The position numbers were made by a program, and so were the translations under genes. A stretch of DNA of 64,000 nucleotides, taken from NCBI RefSeq assembly GCF_023055435.1, contig NW_025964359.1, forward strand, positions 62,001 through 126,000. The letters are read 5' to 3'. The first letter of the stretch is position 1, and every line of letters begins with the position of its first letter. The stretch comes from Haliotis rufescens. Lineage: Eukaryota. The notes under the pieces are model-generated. The model did no database searches. It was not told where the DNA came from and saw only the letters and a list, made by a program, of their open reading frames with translations. Below are positions 27,004 to 36,318 of the stretch, piece by piece.

Positions 27004-29667
27004 GTTGGATTTACCGCCGCTTTGAACGGTAATCCAGTTTATCATGGCGTGTCAGCTTGATGTGGGAGCGAGCTAATGTCATGAGCATTAATGTACATTA
27101 CATTACAAACTCATTATGAAAAAGAATAATTAATAACTGGTAAATTGTTGCTGTTTTCTTGTTGTTGATGTTGTTATTATTATGCACAGATTAAACTATA
27201 AAATGCAGCAAAGAGGGTTTGGGTGATCCTGGCACAGTCAGGCTGGTTAGGCTCATCATCAGCTCAGGGCCCTTGACCCCTCTACACGCAGCCCAGACAG
27301 CGAATGGGACTTCTCCCAGGAAACGCTGCCTAAAGTACTCATGGAAATGGAAAAAAACCTGTTTTGCTGGATTTAATAATCGACACAAAGCATTACGTAG
27401 ATGTAAATACGAAATAACAAAACAACTGGAAAAGTACTAGTCTGGATTTGCTAGTTTTATCTTAGTGCTCAATACAAAATGTACTTTACAGGAGGTAATT
27501 TGTAGGCACTTTCAACATTCAAAAATGAAACTAAGTCCAAATTGACATGGCAGAAACAGGCTATAGGCATTATGCAAATTAGCCTGGAAAAAAATTATCT
27601 AAACAACAATAAAAATAACAGCTATGTTTATGTACATAATAATAATGACATGTAAGTTGTTGTTTGAGAAGGGAATATGTTACTTTTACGTTCTTATATT
27701 TTGACGATGATTCACTATCCCACAATGCCACTCACAAATCACTAACCACTGACAAATCACATGCTAATGGGTTTCAAGCACCTGTTTTCACCTGTCGTCA
27801 AGGTGTCATAGGTCATGGACATTCACCTTGATCTACTAACACCTGGTTATGCTCAGTTTCACAATAATCTGTTTTGTTCATATTTTTACACACTTTTACG
27901 TGTAAAAAGACATAAAAACCTTTGATACGCTGTATTTGTGCCAAGGCCCAATTAGTACTAATTGAGTTGTTTGAATATTTATATATTTTGTATATCAACT
28001 GCATTTATTTAAAATCTGAGATCGAAAAAACAGGGGTTTTTTTCATTTCCGTGAGTACTTCAGTCAACCCAACCAGAACTTTTCGGCGAATGTGAAGACT
28101 CCCCAACCTCTGCATTGCCCAGATTGTCAGAAGGGCTCTATTCCTGGCAGCAAACCCGGGTACTCTCCCAATGTCAGTCTTTTGTCTTTTGTCGTTTTGA
28201 CATTGATTGTCCTGACGAACATAATGTCAAGCAAAGTTCTATACAGGATATTGCTTTCCTTGTTTCATTTAGTTTAAGTTGGAACCGGTTTTTCTTTTCA
28301 TGATTTTGTTTATTACCCTTTTGTGGTTCATTGTCTTTGGAAGCTGTATGAAGTTCCTCCAATGTTCGAGCAGCACCATACACGCAACATTTAATGACAT
28401 GCAAAGAACAGTCCGCATTAGGAGTGACAGAAATAACGTCATTTAAGCTATCAAGTTGATACTGTGGAAATGATTGGTTAAATTGTTTAATTGGCCTCCG
28501 TTTCTCAATCGGTAAATCACAGATTTGATTATAGAATACCATAAACAAAATATACAATGGGTCATCAGAAAGATCGTTGACAGAGAAGGGTCGGATTCGG
28601 GCGAAAACTCAAAATCTTCGAGGCCGACATCAAGGATTTCATTTGTGAGCCCATGTGTGTGTAATCAGTGACTGCATCAGGTAATTTGTGGAGAATAATT
28701 CGGACGTTCATTTGCAATATCGGGTCTGTTACTGTTTGAACTGAGGGTTCATGCAAGGGTGCCTGACGAGTGTTGGCAGCTAGCTCACCAGGTTCACGTC
28801 GCAAATATAATTTAGGTCGCCGGAGCTTGTCACGGATGTTTTGTTCAGATATGCATACATTGGCATGGCTTTGTCCTCATGCTGCTGCAACAATTTGCCA
28901 TTTACTCGTAGTATTTCAGGTCACCTGTGGACTTCGGTTTTTGCGTCCAGAATGTTCTTGGACGCGTTCTGTGCCTCCACTTGGGACAAGTCCCATCTCT
29001 AGTTTGGTTGGTTTGTACACCGGAAGGAGGTTGACTGTGCGGCGGAGTTATAACATGAATTTCTTCACTTTCTCTAGTTTTGAACCAGTTTCAGGGGGTT
29101 AGCCCTAACTGGGTGATGTTCGTTTAGTTCAGGGGACTAAATACTCCCTATCTAGGCCCACCACCTTATAGTTGTTGTTGTTGTTGTTGTTGTTGTTATT
29201 GACCAATGCAGCCTTAAGCTGTGTACCGATGTCTATTTGCTGGAACTATTCCGAAACAAATTTAACTAGCATAACAGCCATATTGAAAATCCCATTTTAT
29301 GCAAGCCTCCAATGACAGTTGGCTTTTCGTGTTTATACATTTGGTGTTATCTCAATATCCTTTTTTCATTAACTGATCTTTGATTTAATCGGGCAAATAT
29401 GGCAGCTGATTTGAAAGTGGCCTTTTTGCGTACTACTCCGCAGTTCATTCCTGTATGCATCTGTATTCAGTCCTCGCCCATGTTTGTGTTTAAAGTGTAC
29501 CTGAAATGATCTAACATAGGATATCAGGCTTTCTTCGAAATACGGAGCGATATTTGACAATGTACAAAGACTGGGTAAAATGTTTTCTCAGAGTAAGTAG
29601 CTTTATACATAATTATATAAACACATGATCTATTTCAAATGTTTAGTGTCAGCTTCGTATACAGAAT

Positions 29668-30120
29668 GAGACCCGTGAAGATCCAGGGTAGAATAGGTCT
29701 TCAGCAACCCATGCTTGCCGTAAAAGGCGACTATGCTTGTCGTCAGCGGCAACTGAGGGGATCGGGTGGTCAGGCTCGCTGACTTGGTTGATGCATGTCA
29801 TCGATCCCAATAGCGTGGATCGAAGCTCATGATATCAATCACCCGATTGTCTGGTTCAGACCCTATTAGACCTGTGAAGATCCGGGTTAGAATAGGGCTT
29901 CAGCAACACACGCTTGCTGTAAAAGGCGACTATACTTGTCGTAAAAGGCGACTAACGGGATCGGGTGGTCAGGCTCGCTGATTTGGTTGATGCATGTCAT
30001 CGATCTCAATTGCGTGGATCGATGCTCTTGATGTCAATCACTGGATTGTCTGGTCCAGACCCGATTATTTACAGACCGCCGTCACATAGCTGGAATATTG
30101 CTGAGTGCAACCAACCAACC
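29668..30120 (+). mobile_element. Two tandem copies of the SINE-like repeat
   Basis: GACCyGTGAAGATCC starts at ~29670 and ~29869. Confidence 0.75.
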
Positions 30121-30323
30121 AGGATGACCATCTGTTGACTTGATGTTGTGTCTATCTCAAATGCTATGCTTGTCAAAATAACGTCAGCTATGTTCCTTTG
30201 TGTGTAATTGTGGCTTACTTTTCTGAATAAAGCATGGCAGCACAACAACCCTTTGAAAGGCATTCAGAAGTGCTACACATAAGGCAGAGAATTAATGGAT
30301 GGCGACTTCTTTATTATGAGGAA

Positions 30324-30363
30324 CACAACGTTTCGGAGTTTATGCATACTCCTTCATCAGGTG
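30324..30363 (-). ncRNA. Minimal type I hammerhead ribozyme (Penelope-type)
   Basis: Minus strand reads CAC-CTGATGA-A-GGAGT-ATGCATAA-ACTCC-GAAACGTT-GTG: conserved core, 5-bp stem II, palindromic AACGTT stem III, CAC/GTG stem I; AATAAA just downstream. Confidence 0.7.
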
Positions 30364-31562
30364 AATGAATGCTATGAGGCAGAGAGCATATGATATGTGT
30401 ACATGTAAGAACAACAAAAGTAATAAGATAACAAAAGTCGGACACTTAACAAGGGCAGCGAACTGATAATTGGCGCTGATTGGTTATTAGCAATAGACAA
30501 TGGAAGCCAACACTTTACAGTAATTGACGCTGATAGCAATGGACTGTTGGAAGCCAGGATTAAATTATCACTGATTGGTAATTGGCAATGGACAATGGGC
30601 AAACGGGAGGCCGGGGGTAAATAGCACTGGCATGTCATTTTGGCATATTAGAGTGACATGTGATGTGCAATAACCAGTTCATGGTTCAAATATGTAATAC
30701 GCCACGAGTATGTTATAAGCATTAAGTGCACTCCTGGTTATGTTAAAAAGTTCTAACGTGAACTAGTCAGCTCGTACATAGACTCACAAAATGGCTTAGG
30801 ACCCATTTGAACCATCCTCGACTTTCTGTGTATGTCTATATATTCTATTATAATAAATAACATGGACCCATTTGCAACCAAAGCTTCGTTTCTATTTCAC
30901 CTATGTCTAACGTAGCACGGGATTTCTCTCCGTCATGAGTGTAATTTAACTTGACGTCATGTAATTTGAATCTGACTCAAAACGAAGCTGATTTAGCGAA
31001 TGGTCCAGGGTATTTATCACAACAGAATGCAGATATAAAAAACATTTCCAATTGATAATCGATGATGCATTTGCACATGTCCGCATTTATTTTGCTCGTA
31101 TACGTATACTTAAAAACGTAAAAGTAAAATTCTCTTTTATGAAAATATATGCAAGAGCCTCAACACCTTTTCGTCGTATAGTACTATTTCTATACGAGAC
31201 TCGCGTCTTATTATTTCGATCTTTTTATTGACGTGGATGGTCCTGCTGGTGGAATATCCCCTGCGGAGGCGTCAGGTTGCAAAGCAAGTTTAATTTCCTT
31301 GAGCACACGGCAAAACACATGTTGAAGCCAATGAAGAATGAAATTATGAAAACAAATGTAGCTGTTTCACCCTCAGGATTCATACTACATTGACAACAGT
31401 CAAACCAAACCGCCTGAGCAGTTTTTGGAGTGGATGGTTAGTGAAAATGAAAACAAAAGTTTCTCTTCATCAATCAGAGTCCAAGATGGACTTAGTGAAC
31501 GCCATCTTGCACGTAGCAGGAGATATATACTGAGTCAAATTAAAAACTTCACATTTTTAAAA

Positions 31563-31568
31563 GTAATC
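31563..31568 (+). repeat. Left 6-bp target-site duplication GTAATC
   Basis: Identical to 43475-43480. Confidence 0.95.
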
Positions 31569-32113
31569 AGTAGTAACGTACATCGGTAATGGACCACTCA
31601 GATTTCTGGGACCGCTCAGATTTCTGGGACCAAGATGGCGGCACATCCGTTTCCGGTCACGTGACCTGCGCAGTGCATGATGGGTACCTGCGCGCGCATG
31701 CAAGATGGCGTCGCATCCGTTTCCGGTGGCGCGCATGCAAGATGGCGTCGCATCCGTGTCCGGTGGCGCGCGCATGCAAGATGGCGTCGCATCCGTTTCC
31801 GGTGGCGTGCGCATGGAAAGAGGGCGTCGCTTCCGTTTCCGGGGAGGAGGAGGAGGGATAGGGGGAAAACCCGGAGGAGCGCCCGTACGAGGGGGAACAA
31901 GATCGACAGGGTTGTTGTTCTTGTGTTGTTCTAAAAATAGAAATAGACGTGGGGTGGTGGTGGGGGTGGTGAAGGGAGGGAGGGAGGGGAGGGAGGGAGG
32001 GGAGGGGAGGAGGGGTGGGTTCACGGTGTGGTGGGGGTGGGTGGGAGGGTCGTCAAAGCAAAGGAGGAAAAGCTGTCTTTCGGGAAAGATGGGTGGCCCT
32101 GAAAAGGGCCGTT
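31569..32113 (+). repeat. Left terminal inverted repeat (545 bp)
   Basis: Reverse complement of 42921-43474 apart from a few substitutions and ~9 nt of indels in the G-tract. Confidence 0.95.
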
Positions 32114-32115
32114 GG
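32090..32115 (-). terminator. Histone-type 3' stem-loop #1 (CCAAC GGCCCT TTTC AGGGCC ACCCA), followed by GAAAGACAG
   Basis: 6-bp stem, TTTC loop and ACCCA tail; ~110 nt downstream of the zinc-knuckle stop, same strand. Confidence 0.9.
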
Positions 32116-32224
32116 AAAACAAACTGGAAACTGGAAACTGGAAACGGCAGGAACACTGGAACACTGGAAAAACTGCAAACGATGGGAAACGGGTAAAAAC
32201 AGTGGGGGCAGCATGACCCATGCG

Positions 32225-32851
32225 TTAGTCACTTTGTTCAGAGGATCTCACTTCTCCATCCTCTACTTCCATCTCATCCTCGGACGGAAGGTGTCGTCGG
32301 CGCTTTGAAACGTGTTTTCGTGAGGGGGACCTGTTCCGTTTTCTTTTCTCTAGACGAGGTGTGATGCCTACCCGGAGTTGTGTGAGACATTCTTTTAGGT
32401 CGAGGACATCGGAATGCATGTCTTCGATGAGATGAAGCACTTGTGCCACGGGTGTCACGGGTGTCACGGGGGCCACGGGGGTCACGGTTGCCACGGATGC
32501 CACGGGTGTCGACGTGGACGGTGTTGCTAACGTTTTCTTTCGACTGGGTTCTGGACAATCTGCAGCGAAATGACCCAGGGCTCCACAGTTGTAACAGCGG
32601 TCCAGGCGATGGGGAGTCTTCTTTCGACGGGGTTCTGGGCAATCTGCAGCGAAATGACCCAGGGCTTCACAGTTGTAACAGGGGCCCTGGTACTGCTTCT
32701 CCTGCTTCTCCTGCTTCTCTTGACTGTTCAGCTTCGGACAGACATAGTGACGGTGACCTTGAGTGTGGCACTCGGTACATGTCACTTCAGGGCAGTACAG
32801 GTAACTGTGACTGTCGGTCTGGCACATCCTACAACTGTATCGAGCTGACAT
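32225..32851 (-). CDS. Four-CCHC zinc-knuckle protein (208 aa) with basic NLS and C-terminal EDGEV motif
   Basis: Four Cx2Cx4Hx4C motifs; start placed at CCATC-ATG-TCA (32851), downstream of the TATA box at 32901-32910 (alternative ATG 32863). The ORF-track extension to 33208 runs through promoter DNA. Confidence 0.85.
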   Translation of the reverse strand: MSARYSCRMCQTDSHSYLYCPEVTCTECHTQGHRHYVCPKLNSQEKQEKQEKQYQGPCYNCEALGHFAADCPEPRRKKTPHRLDRCYNCGALGHFAADCPEPSRKKTLATPSTSTPVASVATVTPVAPVTPVTPVAQVLHLIEDMHSDVLDLKECLTQLRVGITPRLEKRKRNRSPSRKHVSKRRRHLPSEDEMEVEDGEVRSSEQSD

Positions 32852-32900
32852 GATGGGTTTCATAGAATGCAGTGTGTGTGAGTGGCTTCGCTCTTGTTTT

Positions 32901-33165
32901 GTTTTTATAGGAGAGGCACTGACACCCTGCTTCCTGATTGGTTCCCCAGGCAGCGCCCCCGATTGGTTCGTTCCGGGGCCTGGCCCGCACCTCGGTTTTC
33001 CAAAACGGACCGACCCCTGTGTTTCTTTTCCATAGGAAATGGATTTTACCATGGGAGAGAAAGCACAACCCCGGTTCGGCCAATCAGAGCCCCGCCCGGT
33101 CCGAGCGCCGCTTCTGATTGGTCGACCACCCAGGCTTCGGATTGGTCCGATTTCGATCCGGTTTT
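32901..33165 (-). promoter_or_regulatory. Repeated multi-CCAAT + TATA promoter, copy A
   Basis: Several CCAAT/ATTGG boxes and CTATAAAA; homologous to copies B-D. Confidence 0.8.
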
Positions 33166-33400
33166 TATCGGGGTGTGCATTTCGATCCTGTTTTGTTTTT
33201 TTCTTCATCCTACAGACAACATAACACGACTATGCGTTTTTAACAAAAAATTTAATCCCCCTGATCACATGAACCAACACCACAAAACAAAAGTCACAGG
33301 ATGAGGGGGGACATCCCTGTGATTTTTGTGAACACGAGGGAGGGGTGACCGCGAGGGTAGGAACGTCTGACCACTTTGAAAAAAAAACAAAAAAACGTTG

Positions 33401-33931
33401 TCACTTGGGGTGAACAAGACACTCGACTCTTCGTTTCCGTGCTTCTTGGGACACCAAACGTCTGTATTTTTCGTTCACTTCTCCATCAGGACAAAACACA
33501 CACAAGTATTCGCAGGGGACTTTGGCATGCTTCAGATGTTCTTTCCAGGGTTGGTCTGTGGCTTCCCATTGGCGGAGTGCCACACCGCAGCAATAACAGG
33601 TCACACAGTCCCCTCGTCCTGGATAGAAATAGCCAGCCATGGCCATGTCATAAGGGGTCTGGGTCATCTGTTGAGGCCACGTTTTAAAAGACCTCAGACG
33701 TTCTTGAAATGAATCATAGTGGGGATGAGAAGGTTGACACAAGGTGTAAGAAGGAAAAGGTCTCTCCAGAACGTCACCGAGTCGACACCTGTCGTCCATC
33801 AAGAGTGTGTCGTCCATCAAGAGTGAACGTTTTCTCGCTTCTTGTTCTCTCGCCTTTTCAGACACCCACTCGGAATCGGTGACGACATCTCGGGAGGATG
33901 ACATGGCATTCATAGAACGTCTTTGCTCCAT
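33401..33931 (-). CDS. Single-BIR inhibitor-of-apoptosis-like protein 1 (176 aa)
   Basis: ERLRSFKTWP...AMAGYFY...VTCYCCG..LRQWE..DQPWKEH...PCEYL BIR signature; no RING; upstream duplicated CATAAAAG boxes (~33975, ~34027). Confidence 0.92.
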   Translation of the reverse strand: MEQRRSMNAMSSSRDVVTDSEWVSEKAREQEARKRSLLMDDTLLMDDRCRLGDVLERPFPSYTLCQPSHPHYDSFQERLRSFKTWPQQMTQTPYDMAMAGYFYPGRGDCVTCYCCGVALRQWEATDQPWKEHLKHAKVPCEYLCVFCPDGEVNEKYRRLVSQEARKRRVECLVHPK

Positions 33932-34771
33932 GATGACGGTGACTTCACTGAAAGAAGGTCTGAGGGTTCGCCTGCTTTTATGAAACTCTCCACCCTACAC
34001 CCTTCAACGGAAGGTCATGACTTTAGCTTTTATGAAACTCTCCACCTCCTCCATCTCCTCACGTGACGTCATCCTGTGTTTGGGTTGACGGACACACGGC
34101 ATGATCCATGACATGATCCATGACATGGATATGACATGGCACACGGGGAGGGGTGTGGGGATGGATGCGTCCTGGAATGACTGACACCAGGCAGCTGATC
34201 TTTCAAGCATGGCCTTTCTCTTTTATCTATTTTTATTTTAATGTTACACTTTGGTGTGCACTGACATGACAGAGGCACAGACAGACAGACGGACAAACAA
34301 CATCGACGACATCTCAACTCAACCTCTACCCTCGGTTCGGCACTCTATTGGAGTTGAGATCAATCAAGACACAAAGAGTCAGTTCAATCAATCACTGTTT
34401 AATCATGAAAAAACCAATCACAACCGGATACAATGGAAATACGAAAAGTCATTGGAGGAGGGAGTGCTTTGCATGTCCCTACAACCACCACAACAACAAC
34501 AACAACAATAACGCGACAACGTTTTCCTCTTCCATCTTCAAGCTCTTCCATCTTCAAGTCCCTAAGAGGTGGTCCTCCCTCAAACCTGTGAGAGGCCCAA
34601 CCGTTCAACACGTACAGTCTATGGCCTCCCTGAAACAGACATGACACATCACTTGATCACGGTTGCAGCTGGCGTGTTGACAAAGTTCTTCGAGTGAAGA
34701 GGAGGATCACCATAAGATGTGATCCTCAGATGCGATAGGCATGTCATCATGTGTCACTATGCTGTCATAGG

Positions 34772-35816
34772 TCAACATACTATGAGCTCCAGCTCACAGG
34801 CATGACACATCACTTGCCCGCTGTTGCAACTGATGTATCTTAACATGTTGTTGTGTCGGCAAACACGACATTCGCGTTGTAGGGGAGTGAGTTGAGCTTC
34901 TCCATAAGGATCCAGGTCAACGTTGTCATCATCATCATCGTCGCAAACCATGGGCGTACCTGTGGAGTAGACATGAACCTCTTCCGGGGATGCTGGTGAC
35001 CAAGAAGCCTCGAGCAGGGGAAGCGTGTCCAGATCCATGGAAGGGAGAGTGGCCACCTTGAGCGCTTCATGATCATCGAGGTCACCCGTCGCCATCGTCA
35101 CAGGGGCATTCGGTGAATAGATGGGCTCCCGAGGGGTTTGTTCCCACCACTGTTCTAGCACGGACTGGGCTGAACTGACATCAGGGGTCCTGTCAATCAT
35201 AAGGACAGAGTCCATTTAGGATAGGCATAGGTCATGCATATGAATCACATCAAGAATGACTGAGACAAAGAAGAGCAGGGTACTTACAGTTGTTCTTGAG
35301 GAGAGATCTTCAGAGATAATTTCTTCCGTGATCGTCTTTTTGCAGGCGTTGCAGGTGTGGCAGGTTTCAAAAAGGATGTCCCCCTCGTGTCGATGTCTGT
35401 TGTCGCCGCAGTCGTGGTTGCTGTGGCTGCTGTGGTGGTGGTGGTGGTGGGGACTGGCGCTGTGGGGGTGGGGGTGGGGTGGGGGTGGGGGGTGTTGCCG
35501 TTGCTGTGGGGGTCACCACGGCTGTGGGTTTGCGTGTCTTTTTCTTCTGGATCTTCTTGATCGTCTTCTTCGATGTGCCTTTCTCGGGTTCAGTCAGCTT
35601 CCTCATCTTTGAACGTATCTGGTCGCACATCAGGTTGTCGCCCTTCGCACGTAACTTGGCGTACGCGTCGTCGGTCTTCATCTTTAAACACAGCAAGTCG
35701 TACACTTCACCCCACAGTTCAGCAGTCATGTTACCGTTCCCCTCTCCACTGCTTCCTTGGCCACTCATGTCGCTTCGTGTCTTGTCATTCAACCGTTTCG
35801 ACATGTTGTTCGACAT
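34772..35816 (-). CDS. Predicted two-exon protein (~315 aa): basic/Thr-rich N-part, acidic MVCDDDDDD, C-terminal Cys4 zinc finger; one frameshift
   Basis: Intron 35287-35190 (GTAAGT...GACAG, 98 nt) joins KKLSLKISPQEQL to TPDVSSAQ in frame; one missing base in the G-run at ~35476-35479 links this frame to ORF 35367-35816. Confidence 0.65.
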
Positions 35817-36029
35817 GATGTTGTCCGGATGTTCTGTTCGTTGTTGTTGTTGTTGTTGTTTCTTTCCAAGTCTTCACGGAGGTACGTCAACACTTGATGG
35901 TACTCTCTCCAAACACGCGTTTCTTCCAGATAAAACGCCAACAACCAACACAACGTGAGGAACATCAATCAGAGGGGACGATGTTGTTGCTTGGTCCGTT
36001 CAGTGAAAAGTGATGACCGGAGAGCGTCG

Positions 36030-36265
36030 GTCGTATTAAAAGCCACGGAGGTCCTGCTTTCTGATTGGCCCGTTCCGATGTCTGACTTTCACCTTGGTTT
36101 TCCAAACTGGACCGACCCTTGTGTTTCTTTTCCATAGGGTTAGGCTTGTAGCGTGAGAGAGAAAGCACAACCTCGGTTCGACCAATCAGAGGCCACCCTC
36201 GCCCGAGCGCGGCCTCTGATTGGTCGATCATCCAGGCTTCGGATTGGTCCGATTTCGATCCGTTT
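36030..36265 (-). promoter_or_regulatory. Repeated multi-CCAAT promoter, copy B (more diverged, TTTTAATA box)
   Basis: Homologous to copies A, C and D; upstream of ATG 35816. Confidence 0.75.
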
Positions 36266-36318
36266 TTTTCTGTAGGGATCCATGTCGATTCAGTTTCGAT
36301 CCGCTGTCATGAAAAATT

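Noticed and set aside
28100-29230. Possible LINE fragment near a (GTT)n tract
   Set aside because: No diagnostic RT or endonuclease motif recognised.
31696-31845. CRISPR-like appearance of ~37-bp repeats
   Set aside because: The units are contiguous with no unique spacers, there are no cas genes, and the context is eukaryotic.
32095-32110. Stem-loops as bacterial intrinsic terminators or as remnants of real histone genes
   Set aside because: There is no U-tract after the stem and no histone-fold ORF upstream of any copy.
31557-32308. Several 66-199 aa ORFs over the left TIR (mirrored at 42807-43522)
   Set aside because: Stop-poor GC-rich repeats give open frames on both strands; the translations are low-complexity and cross the element boundary.
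32225-32851. Retrotransposon gag gene
   Set aside because: No capsid domain, pol or LTRs; it has its own element-type promoter and stem-loop.
32864-33208. N-terminal 115 aa of ORF 32225-33208, and similar ORFs at 35965, 40497-40961 and 42035-42541
   Set aside because: They translate the repeated promoter block, upstream of or across the TATA box; frames are not preserved between copies.
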